Positions 28,130-37,495 of a stretch of 48,973 nucleotides of DNA are shown piece by piece (the first letter of the stretch is position 1; each line of letters begins with the position of its first letter). Source of the DNA: Candidatus Poribacteria bacterium (GTDB lineage Bacteria; Poribacteria; WGA-4E; UBA9662). Both the position numbers and the translations under genes were made by a program. The stretch is taken from contig JAYGDX010000348.1 of assembly GCA_046582655.1 (NCBI GenBank), positions 1-48,973 of the forward strand. Reading direction: 5' to 3'. The notes below the pieces were generated by a model. That model did not search any database. It worked only from the letters and a program-made list of their open reading frames with translations, and was not told the origin of the DNA.

Positions 28130-29455
28130 TTATGGTGTTGCTGGATCATTGGCACGCGGTAGAAAAGGATTATCGGCTGGCTCTTTCCCACCATAAAACC
28201 AATTCAGTGGCAAAACCTTCAATTTCTGATTAAATCTGGCTTCCTTGCGGCTACTCAGGATTAATTCGGCACGGGTAGGATGTTCCTCATACACGGAATA
28301 GGTGTGGGCGATTAGCACGCGATCTGCCATAACGAAAACTGACGGATACGACCATCGACCATGGAACTCAACGGACATAATGTGTTCCCTTTGCCGTTCT
28401 GGTGCGGGAATGCCAGGATCGAAATGAAATTCTGCCGGACGAACAGGCTGAATGGGGGCAGGTTCAATTCGTGTTTCTTCATGCATAGACTCCACATTTT
28501 GGAAAAATTCCCATACACTTCCACCATTACGGCTAATTGCCGAGGAAATACGAGTTCGATTATAGCCACGTTGAATTTCTTCTGGGCTCTCCTGATTCCA
28601 GACTGCTAATAGGTGTCCAGTCGGTAACGTACGAATCTGCGCTGGTGCCGTGGAGGAAGCCAAGGAAGTAGGTTGAGGACGTGTCCATGTCTGTCCGTTG
28701 TCTTCTGACCAAGCTTGGAAAATTCGACCTAGACCGTTACGCATGAACATCAACAGTCGTCCCGGTTCAACTTCAGTAACTGTTGGTTCGTTAGTGTAAC
28801 TGTAAGTCGCGCTCCAGTCTAGCAGGATAATCAATTCTCCATCCTGATTCCGTTGCCAAGTTCTACCGTCATCGTCAGAATAACAGACGTAGGAGGCACT
28901 AAAGTGTGGATCGAAGAAATGGGCTGCTGTAGACACCCAATGACCGTTTACCAGTTTCCCCGATGCAGGTGGTTTGAGATCTCTTAAACCAGCAGCCTGA
29001 CCGAGTGAGATGTAGACCGGTAAGATGATACGTCCAGAAGAAGTGCGTAGCAGTACATCTTGATAGGAGTAGGTATTTAAACCAGAAGGTGTCACAGTTA
29101 CCGGCGACTCCCAAGTTTCCCCACTGTCTTCTGAACGCCAGAAGACAATACAAGATCCTCTACGGGTTTTTGAAGAACCTTCAGATGGTTTCTGTATTGC
29201 GGCCAAACCAATCCCGTTTTCAGAAAGTTTAACCAGAGAAGTTCCACTGCCGCCTACTGAGTTTCCGTCAGCGTCCTCACATGAAAAAGGTTTAGACCAG
29301 CTCAGTCCTCTATCATCGGATATACTGAAGGTTGTACCTGCAGCATGCAGAATCCGTTGATCTATAAGTTCAACGAAGGTAGACGAATGGAAATAATTTG
29401 TTTGGTGGACAGCTAGTACCTCTTCTGGACGAGTCATAGGAATGTTACTCATCAT
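28130..29455 (-). CDS. Asp-box (BNR) sialidase-like beta-propeller protein, no signal peptide
   Basis: SDDRGLSW, SEDSGETW, SDDDGRTW, SEDNGQTW, SRNGGSVW; SYPS near the C-terminus. Confidence 0.85.
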   Translation of the reverse strand: MMSNIPMTRPEEVLAVHQTNYFHSSTFVELIDQRILHAAGTTFSISDDRGLSWSKPFSCEDADGNSVGGSGTSLVKLSENGIGLAAIQKPSEGSSKTRRGSCIVFWRSEDSGETWESPVTVTPSGLNTYSYQDVLLRTSSGRIILPVYISLGQAAGLRDLKPPASGKLVNGHWVSTAAHFFDPHFSASYVCYSDDDGRTWQRNQDGELIILLDWSATYSYTNEPTVTEVEPGRLLMFMRNGLGRIFQAWSEDNGQTWTRPQPTSLASSTAPAQIRTLPTGHLLAVWNQESPEEIQRGYNRTRISSAISRNGGSVWEFFQNVESMHEETRIEPAPIQPVRPAEFHFDPGIPAPERQREHIMSVEFHGRWSYPSVFVMADRVLIAHTYSVYEEHPTRAELILSSRKEARFNQKLKVLPLNWFYGGKEPADNPFLPRANDPATP

Positions 29456-29498
29456 TTTCACTCCTTGGCTACAAGTAAGATGAACATTGTTATGAAAA

Positions 29499-30245
29499 TT
29501 AATGATTACGAGTTAAGGGAACAAAACGAACTGGCATTATTTGTTTTGTCTTTACCGATCCATCCTTGTCTTTCTGAACCAGTATCAAGCTCTGCACTTG
29601 AAACCGTCCTCCAACGGGAATACACATTACCCCTCCAGGTTTAAGTTGCTGTACTAACGAAGGAGGAATGTGATTAGGTGCCGCCGTAACGATAATGATG
29701 TCATATGGCGAGTGTTCCTTCCAGCCGAAATAACCATCTCCGATTTTTACTGTTATGTTTTTATACTTCATATCCTTCAATCGTTTTTTAGTACGTTTTC
29801 CGAGATCTTCAATAATTTCAATCGTATAAACGTGACGAACAAGTCCTGACAAAACAGCCGCTTGATATCCTGATCCGGTACCGATTTCAAGCGCTTTGTA
29901 ATCCTTTTTTGGTTTAAGTTGTTCAGTCATGTAGGCCACAATATAGGGTTGCGAAATCGTCTGATCATATCCAATTGGCAATGGACTATCTACGTAAGCA
30001 CGAGACTGTGATTTCCGGGGAACAAATTTATGACGAGGAACACGAAGCATAGCTTCCAAAACTGCTTCGTTTTTGACACCTATTCGACCATCTTTGACAT
30101 GCCGAAAATCAATTTGGGTAGTTACCATGCGCTCTCGTTCCGAACGATATTTATCCTCTGAATCGCCATAGCTAAATTCCTGTATAACGGTGAATAAAAG
30201 AACCCCAATCAATAATACGTAAGAACTAAAGAATTTCAATTTCAT
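29499..30245 (-). CDS. pcm: Protein-L-isoaspartate O-methyltransferase with N-terminal hydrophobic extension
   Basis: VPRH.FVP, QTISQPY, LEIGTGSGYQAA, PYD.IIVTAA, QLKPGG, VRFVPL; AAGGAG RBS. Confidence 0.93.
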   Translation of the reverse strand: MKLKFFSSYVLLIGVLLFTVIQEFSYGDSEDKYRSERERMVTTQIDFRHVKDGRIGVKNEAVLEAMLRVPRHKFVPRKSQSRAYVDSPLPIGYDQTISQPYIVAYMTEQLKPKKDYKALEIGTGSGYQAAVLSGLVRHVYTIEIIEDLGKRTKKRLKDMKYKNITVKIGDGYFGWKEHSPYDIIIVTAAPNHIPPSLVQQLKPGGVMCIPVGGRFQVQSLILVQKDKDGSVKTKQIMPVRFVPLTRNH

Positions 30246-30546
30246 GATACTCCTTACTGATTTTCCTAATAGATGCACAACAGTAGAATTGAATAGTAAT
30301 TATATGTTAATAAAATAAGAAGCTGAAGATTGTACGATGCTGCTGATAATCTAAGGTTATTCTACCCAACTAAACTGACAGTAATCTTTACAGCCAATTG
30401 TCTTCTTAGTATAATTCCATTCAGATTTTACATCAATAATACATTGATCGAAGAATTAAGAGGAAATTAAAGATACTTATTATAAGATAGTAGAAACTGA
30501 TAAGATTTAATGATGACCTAAACTTAAGATTAGAAAGGATGTTGTT

Positions 30547-31269
30547 ATGACTCAGTCCCTGAGAGATCGTGTGGCAATTATCATTGGCAGCAGTAGTGGC
30601 ATGGGAAGAGCAACAGCAGTTACCTTTGTCGAAGCTGGTGCGAAAGTTGTTTTGGCTGCCCGGCGCCAGACGGAACTACAATCATTAGCTTCAGAACTTG
30701 GTGAGAACGCGATTCCTTGTCCAACAGACATACAGGATACGAAAAAGGTAGAGCGATTGACGAAGTTAACCTTAGATCATTTTGGACGAATTGATATTTT
30801 AGTCTATGTGACTGGCACTAATATCCCCAACCGGAGTCTTAAAGTGCTGTCGGATCAAACATGGAATATGATGATTCAGACAAATCTAACAGGGGCATTT
30901 TACTGCACCAAGGCGGTTTTACCGACCATGCGCCAACAGAAAGAAGGACTAATTATCTACATTTCAAGCGCTGCCGTGCAGTTTCCAGATACTTCCGGTG
31001 TTTCCTACCAAGCTAGCAAACACGGGCTGGTAGGGTTGGCACATGGTACGTTCAAAGAAGAAAAAGAAAATGGTATCCGTACATCAATGATCTTCCCAGG
31101 TTTAACGGATACACCGCTTGTTCTGCAACGTCCGGTTCCAACGCCACCAGAAACCGTGGCCAAAGCTTTACAACCACAGGATGTAGCTGACACATGTCTG
31201 TTTGTGGCTTCACTCCCAGCACGGACCTATATCCCTGAATTAGTGCTGATGCCCGCTGGATTGGCTTAG
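30547..31269 (+). CDS. Short-chain dehydrogenase/reductase
   Basis: GSSSGMG, ARR, YQASK, FPG.TDTP. Confidence 0.9.
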   Translation: MTQSLRDRVAIIIGSSSGMGRATAVTFVEAGAKVVLAARRQTELQSLASELGENAIPCPTDIQDTKKVERLTKLTLDHFGRIDILVYVTGTNIPNRSLKVLSDQTWNMMIQTNLTGAFYCTKAVLPTMRQQKEGLIIYISSAAVQFPDTSGVSYQASKHGLVGLAHGTFKEEKENGIRTSMIFPGLTDTPLVLQRPVPTPPETVAKALQPQDVADTCLFVASLPARTYIPELVLMPAGLA

Positions 31270-31532
31270 AAACGGGATTTTCTGACGATCAATGTTTCTC
31301 TACAATTTTGATTACTGTCTTCAGAACAGGGTGATTCGAATCATTACTTATAAATTGAACAATCACAGCATAACATCGTCCTAAGTTTTGTTTTCAAGAT
31401 TGAGAAGATTAAGTATTCCGAAGCAACTAGGACCATTATTACGATTTAAGAATTAGGTAATATGTTTTATAAGTATCAAATTTCCGATTGTAACGTAAAC
31501 TGAGTGAAATCAATATAATCAGGAGTTTTCAC

Positions 31533-32360
31533 ATGCAGCTTTCAGATAAGCAACTAAGTTTTTTTGATACCTTTGGTTACTTGGGTTTTCCCAAACTTTT
31601 TACTTCTCAAGAGGTCTCTTGGATTATTGAGGAATTCGAAATGGTTATACACACTTGTGGTAATGGGAAGAACCATGATGGCTCTGCACGAACTATGATC
31701 GTTCCTACCATAGATCATAGCTCAAAATTGTCCACATTACTTGATGATTCTCGTATATTGGGGATTGCATCGGCTATTTTAGGTGATGACTTTAACTATG
31801 GTTCAGGTGATGGTAACTACTATTCTGGTGATACCGGATGGCACCCAGATGGTGGATATCCTGAATTATTTGCCATTAAACTAGCTTTCTATCTGGATTC
31901 CCTGAAAAGCGATACGGGTTGCCTCCGAGTGCTTCCTGGTAGTCACCGACTTGATTCTTACTGGCGAACGTCAAATCTTGACTGGAACCAATCGCAGGAT
32001 TTGCTTGGTATTTTGCCCGCTGAAATTCCAGGTAATGTTGCGCTAGAAACAAACCCTGGCGATCTTGTAGTTTTTGATCACAATACCTTCCATTCAGCCT
32101 TTGGCGGGAGTTCGCGACGGCGGATGTTTACTATCAACTTACATAAACATGGTAAAACTGAAGAGGAATTGGCTCGTGTTGATGGGTATATAAAACATCA
32201 TTGCCCTGTTGCTCACGGTTTCAAAATTGGCGGTATGTACACCGATATTATTCTGGATACGGCAACTCCAGAGCGTTTAAGGCACCTGGAACAATGTCAT
32301 GAACGGCATGCACTGGTCCATCCCAATGATACGATCATTCGCCCTTTGCCAACACCCTGA
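31533..32360 (+). CDS. PhyH-family dioxygenase
   Basis: FFDTFGY, WHPD, GCLRVLPGSH, PGD.VVFDH.TFH, RRMF. Confidence 0.9.
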   Translation: MQLSDKQLSFFDTFGYLGFPKLFTSQEVSWIIEEFEMVIHTCGNGKNHDGSARTMIVPTIDHSSKLSTLLDDSRILGIASAILGDDFNYGSGDGNYYSGDTGWHPDGGYPELFAIKLAFYLDSLKSDTGCLRVLPGSHRLDSYWRTSNLDWNQSQDLLGILPAEIPGNVALETNPGDLVVFDHNTFHSAFGGSSRRRMFTINLHKHGKTEEELARVDGYIKHHCPVAHGFKIGGMYTDIILDTATPERLRHLEQCHERHALVHPNDTIIRPLPTP

Positions 32361-32671
32361 TTTCAGATAATTGATTTTGATGTAGTTCTATGACACATTT
32401 ATTTGGCGCTAAGTTTGCAAAGTATAGTTTATTCCGCTAAGGGTTGCCACCATTATTAAGGTTCATATATCAATTTGTTTATGACCTTCCATGAACCGAA
32501 AAAACGAGCGCGATGTTCGAGAAATAGGAATTATAAAGTGCCTTGCTCCAAAGCAGAAAAGGGAATGATTGTACCCAAAAAATTAGTTTTTGCATTATTA
32601 AAATCACAGGAGATTCTGACATTCTCATCAGTTTCCCTTGAGAACTAACGACGGGGTGATATAGATGTTAT

Positions 32672-33005
32672 TTAGCCTTTCATCAGGATGAAAATTTTTC
32701 TTTTCTCACTGGGGGGACGGAAGAATTCGCGTAGATCAATGGACATTTCCTCTGCTCTCTCATGAATCACGAAATGCCCTCCTTCTGAGTACTTGTTGAG
32801 ATAGATCATATTATAGTATTTTTCTGCCCGTTTGCGAACAATTGGTGCCAACTAATGGGAATATGTGGCAACAGCGGTTAGCACTTCGATGCGGACACCC
32901 ACCACTAATTCCCAAGAATAACAGTGAGATTCGTTATACAACCGAATAGCTGAACAAAATGAATTTGTCATCCAATAAAGCATTACACTAGTGGCAATCA
33001 TATCT
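32672..33005 (-). pseudogene. Epoxide hydrolase (microsomal EH-like alpha/beta hydrolase) C-terminal relic
   Basis: Manual translation DMIATSVMLYWMTNSFCSAIRLYNES..VLTAVATYSH*LAP..RAEKYYN..GGHFVIHE..DLREFFRP; internal TAG at 32852-32854. Confidence 0.72.
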
Positions 33006-33294
33006 CTAGGGGACTAACTGTTGCTATAAAACATTTCCTTCCTCACTAGCACACACGCTTGATAAGTTCGTATTTTTACCTGTTATCACCCTATCAGTTG
33101 GCCTGACTTGATGGGTAGAAATCCTTTTCTTCTCTTATTCCATTGAATGGTGTTCTCTACTTGCTTTACTAATTTCATTTATGGTACAGAACCAAGCTCA
33201 ATTTGCAAACTAAACTTCGTGCCTCCAGCATTAGACAAGAAATATTAATGAACAAAATATTTTAACGTCTGAATTCAACCGACCTATAGAAAGC

Positions 33295-34137
33295 TTATGC
33301 ATCTAGTGCTGATTCTTGGCTAATGATATCTCGAGCCAGATCAGGGAAAAGCTGGTCATGGATTTCTATCGGTTGACGAAGGTGAACCATTCGATTCTCA
33401 TCAGCAGTATCTATCATGGTTGGATTAAACATGCCTGCACCTGTTTTGACATTGTAACCACCTGGTGAATGAACACTTAGATACCGTCGGGCCATCTCCA
33501 AATCTTCTGGCGTTTTGGCCTGACGTGTGCAGTTCATGGTAAACATGCGCCGGCGAGATCCTCCGCCAAATGAGGCATGATATAAATCATGGTTAAAAAT
33601 CACAATATCGCCGGGATTAGTCTCAACAGCTATGCTGCCAGGAAAATCCGTGGGGGATACACCAAAAAGCTCAAGTGAGTTATTTACGTCTATTTTCTCC
33701 TTACGGACAAAATGATCCGATCGATGACTACTAGGGATCAAGCGAACTGCACCTGTGTCACGAGTGAGAGGATCTAAATAGAAAGCTATCTTGGCAGCGA
33801 AAAGTTGCCCCCAACTCCCGTCAGGATGCCAGTGAGTGTCTCCGGTATAATAGTTGCCATCACCATTACAATAATTAAAATCTTCTCCCAACAGACCTCC
33901 AATTAGGCCAAGTATTGACGGATGATCAAGAATAGCACACATTTCCGAGGTATGTTCGATAGGTCCCCCAAACATGGTGCGGCTTGAACCATTATGATTC
34001 TTGCCACCACCACAATTTTGAATTGACCATTCAAATCCTTCAATGATTTTCTTAGTTTCGTCCGGTGAAAATAGTTGCTGAATCAGCAAGTAACCAAAAG
34101 TGTCGAAGAAATTAAGTTGTTTTTGGTTAAGAGTCAT
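33295..34137 (-). CDS. PhyH-family dioxygenase, paralog of 31533..32360
   Basis: FFDTFGY, GKNH.GS.RTM, GDGNYY.GDT.WHPDG, ETNPGD, H.SFGG.SRRRMFT. Confidence 0.9.
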   Translation of the reverse strand: MTLNQKQLNFFDTFGYLLIQQLFSPDETKKIIEGFEWSIQNCGGGKNHNGSSRTMFGGPIEHTSEMCAILDHPSILGLIGGLLGEDFNYCNGDGNYYTGDTHWHPDGSWGQLFAAKIAFYLDPLTRDTGAVRLIPSSHRSDHFVRKEKIDVNNSLELFGVSPTDFPGSIAVETNPGDIVIFNHDLYHASFGGGSRRRMFTMNCTRQAKTPEDLEMARRYLSVHSPGGYNVKTGAGMFNPTMIDTADENRMVHLRQPIEIHDQLFPDLARDIISQESALDA

Positions 34138-34289
34138 TTGTTTTTCCTTTGAAAAGATAGTTGTTATGACAGAATCTCAGCATGTTTGTAAGCACACCAT
34201 CACAATTTGTGCTAATTATGTAATTGTATTTGTGTCCCTCGCAGAAATTATTGAATATGTGATTTTAGTAAGTATATATTAAGTTTCTG

Positions 34290-34680
34290 GCTATCCTCAC
34301 CTAACTCAGGATTGTTAAACTGCCAAGCCATCCAGATGTTGTTTTCTAAACCGTAGGGTGTAAATGGGTGAAAATCCCCATAATAGTAGGACACTATTTC
34401 TCTCCGCTGGTTGTGAAATTTGCGTAGTATCTTATAGTCAATTTACTTGATGCGCATGTCAATGGCGTAGTTAATGCTAGAACGGTGCTCCAGAATACAC
34501 GCGGTTTGACAGACGTATACCTGGCGCCGCTGTAAGCAACGCTCAAATTAGCGACATTACTACCACCATGGTACGGTACCCAGGAAGAAGATTCTGTAGG
34601 TTCGACATTGCACATTTGGATCAACATCTTAATATTCAAGACAGTAAACCATCCAAGGTGCGGACGCAAAAGCCATTATC
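34290..34680 (-). pseudogene. Degraded alpha-galactosidase (GH36-like) C-terminal fragment
   Basis: Manual translation ..AIDMRIK*IDYKILRKFHNQRREIVSYYYGDFHPFTPYGLENNIWMAWQFNNPELGE; upstream QCRTY and WVPYHG lie in different frames. Confidence 0.6.
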
Positions 34681-34828
34681 AAATACGCAAGAGGCTATGT
34701 TGTGCTGAGGTGGTCTACCCAAACAAGCTATACTTATGCGACAGTTTTTCGCCAAACAAAAATCGGTTGTTAGTTAACACCGTTTGGCGTGACTAAGTTG
34801 CCACTGTGCACACGTATTCACCCACTCC

Positions 34829-36163
34829 TCAATACAGGTTACCTGCAGTTGTTATTGGACACCAGCGTGCGGTAAATAGCGCGTCCAGAAGTATGTCCCT
34901 AGCTGAGTTGGTGCCAATACGCCGGAGTGCTAACGCTGCGTAGAAACGGTTGTATCGATCTTCATCATTCAATGCCGTTGTTAACATGGAGATGACTGGA
35001 GACGCTTGCGATCCAGATTTAGCCAGAGAAATGGCGGCATTCCGCCGAACTCGGTAATCCGGATCTGCTAATTTCTGTCCTAGCAGATCAACAGTAGAAG
35101 AAGCAAACGAACCAATAGTCCCCAACGCTTCAATGGCGTTTCGACGCACCCACCAGTGATCATCATTGGCACGTTCGACTAAGGTCGGCACGGCATCTTT
35201 GGCTGAAGGCCCAATTTTCGTCAGGACATCGGCTGCCATCGCGCGAACCCACCAATGTGGATTTGATAGCACCTTAGTTAATTCTAAGACAGTTGGAGAT
35301 CCAATGACTGATAGTTTTTGAGCTGCTTCACCGGCTGTTGGATTTGTACCGTGCAGGTTATCCGGCGTTTTGGCTGTTGTTTCCTCAATGGAAGCCAGGG
35401 TTTCCTGTTGCATAGCATGAATCAGGTCCGGCTGGTAATTTCCGTTGTTGATCGAATTTGTGCCACCACCCAGCCAATTCCAAACATCCTCTGCCACTTC
35501 GTCTCTTTGATCACTCTCCCACGTTTGTTGCTGATGATCCCATGACGGTTGACGGGGTTCCTGCATCCGCGCAAACTGGAATTTGAGCATGTAACGCTTT
35601 TTGGCACTGCGATTTGCTGTGGCACGGTGCCAAGCATCAAAATGAACTAAGGTAACTGTGCCCGCTTTTCCACATAGCAACACCTCTGGTTCAGTAGCAT
35701 GCTCCGGATCATCGTTGCTGACAGACTTACAAAAGTGCATTCCCGGTAACAGCGCAGTTGGTCCCATCTCCTCGTTGGTATCTTGCGGATAATAGAAAGC
35801 CAAAACCCAGTGGAAGCGGGGATGCCGGATATTATGATCAAAAACATAACAGTCCTTGTGCCATCGTTGACCACCGCCACCAGGAGCGTTAAGATGGCAA
35901 TGACGATGTGGGTTCATGGTATAACTCTCACCCAAAAGGCTGATTAAAGCGCCCTGCAAAACCGGGTGTTCAAAGACTTGCTGAATTTTGGGGACTCGGG
36001 GAAGGATGTTGTTTCCGACATTGCCTTCACCAGCAAACATCGATTCGATTTTCTGATAGATCTGCTGATGAAAATCAGATCCACAATCTACATGCAACTG
36101 CAAATAGCCATCGGTAATAAATTGCTGAATTTGCGAATCGTTAAGCAGGTATGCGTTGTCCAT
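34829..36163 (-). CDS. PhyH-family dioxygenase fused to C-terminal HEAT/PBS-lyase repeats
   Basis: FITDGY, WHKD, MGPT..LPG.H, HFDAWHRA..N; repeats VRAMAADVL, VRRNAIEALG, VRRNAAISLA, NRFYAALAL. Confidence 0.88.
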   Translation of the reverse strand: MDNAYLLNDSQIQQFITDGYLQLHVDCGSDFHQQIYQKIESMFAGEGNVGNNILPRVPKIQQVFEHPVLQGALISLLGESYTMNPHRHCHLNAPGGGGQRWHKDCYVFDHNIRHPRFHWVLAFYYPQDTNEEMGPTALLPGMHFCKSVSNDDPEHATEPEVLLCGKAGTVTLVHFDAWHRATANRSAKKRYMLKFQFARMQEPRQPSWDHQQQTWESDQRDEVAEDVWNWLGGGTNSINNGNYQPDLIHAMQQETLASIEETTAKTPDNLHGTNPTAGEAAQKLSVIGSPTVLELTKVLSNPHWWVRAMAADVLTKIGPSAKDAVPTLVERANDDHWWVRRNAIEALGTIGSFASSTVDLLGQKLADPDYRVRRNAAISLAKSGSQASPVISMLTTALNDEDRYNRFYAALALRRIGTNSARDILLDALFTARWCPITTAGNLY

Positions 36164-36217
36164 CTTTCTCACCTCTTAGCTGAGTTGGCGAATCGACCAA
36201 TTTTTACTTGGTTGCAG

Positions 36218-36264
36218 ATGCTAACACAACCGACTTGAACTGTCAATGGGAAGTCAGTTAAACT
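36218..36264. promoter_or_regulatory. Overlapping divergent sigma70-like promoters
   Basis: - strand TTGACA (36246-36241)-17-TAGCAT (36223-36218); + strand TTGAAC (36235-36240)-18-TAAACT (36259-36264). Confidence 0.5.
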
Positions 36265-36312
36265 GATGACAAAATCACGCAGGCATTCTTAAAATTAAGG
36301 GGAAAATAATTA

Positions 36313-37461
36313 ATGAAGATTAAAGAAATACAGGCGATTGAAATTGAACTCAATCCACAACCAAAGACACCCCCTCGCACGTCAACTCACGACAAAAATC
36401 TGATTATGAATCGGCCTATCGATCGCTATCCGAAGCCTGGTGCTGATGGTGGTTGGAAACGCCCAGCTTGTATCATCACAGCTGAAGATGGAACCTGGGG
36501 ATTTGGCATTTCACTTTTCGGCAGTCCTGTGGCCTCACTGATTAACACCCTCTATGCACCAAGACTGATCGGTGAAAACTGCATGGCGATTGAAAAACTG
36601 TGGGATATGATGGTACGATTGTCAACCCCCTTTGGGGCTTCAGGTTTAGCCAGCTATGCCATCAGTGCGGTCGATTGTGCCTTATGGGATCTAAAGGGCA
36701 AGATCTTGCAACGTCCTGTTTACGAATTGCTGGGCGGTCCACAGAAAGAGAAAATCCTCTGCTATGCTTCCGGTTTCGATCAAGGATGGTACATGGAACT
36801 GGGTTTCAAAGCCACCAAGCTATTCTGTCCATACGGGCCTGAACACGGAATGGAAGGGCTAAGAAAACTAGAGGAAGTGGTGGCTAATACACGTCAACAG
36901 ATCGGTGACAACATCGAGTTGATGTTAGATGCGTGGACTGCTTTCGATGTGGAGTTCACCGTGCGTTTAGCCGAGGTTCTGAAACCGTATCGACTTAAAT
37001 GGATAGAAGACTACATTTCGCCCGAAGATCTGGGAGGTTACCAATCTGTCCGGCAACGAATTCCCTGGCAAACATTAGCTACTGGTGAACACTGGTATTT
37101 ACCAACTGTCTTTGCCACCGCCGCCAGCCAGCGTCTAGTCGATATTTTTCAGCCCGACGTACTATGGTGTGGCGGCATTACTTCTGCTATGAAGATCTGC
37201 CACATTGCTCAGGCCAACGGCATCTCTGTTATTACGCATGCTGGCATGAACTATCCGTATGGACAACATCTAGCTTTTGCCATGCCAGCTATTACATGGG
37301 GGGAGCGCTCTGAAGGCGTGTCGCCACCAGGTGTGCCACTGGAAGAAATGGTCAAGTTGCCTGGTACAGCCGTTATTCAAAATGGGTATCTAGTTCCATC
37401 CAATGCACCTGGATTTGGGTTGGAAATCGATCAAGCGTGGATCGAACACGTATCTCGATGA
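36313..37461 (+). CDS. Mandelate racemase/enolase superfamily acid-sugar dehydratase (RhmD-like)
   Basis: AISAVDCALWDLKGK, LMLDAW, WIED, ATGEH, QPDVLWCGG, PGFG. Confidence 0.85.
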   Translation: MKIKEIQAIEIELNPQPKTPPRTSTHDKNLIMNRPIDRYPKPGADGGWKRPACIITAEDGTWGFGISLFGSPVASLINTLYAPRLIGENCMAIEKLWDMMVRLSTPFGASGLASYAISAVDCALWDLKGKILQRPVYELLGGPQKEKILCYASGFDQGWYMELGFKATKLFCPYGPEHGMEGLRKLEEVVANTRQQIGDNIELMLDAWTAFDVEFTVRLAEVLKPYRLKWIEDYISPEDLGGYQSVRQRIPWQTLATGEHWYLPTVFATAASQRLVDIFQPDVLWCGGITSAMKICHIAQANGISVITHAGMNYPYGQHLAFAMPAITWGERSEGVSPPGVPLEEMVKLPGTAVIQNGYLVPSNAPGFGLEIDQAWIEHVSR

Positions 37462-37495
37462 TAAAACAATCTAACATAGGGCAGAGAATTAAGTT

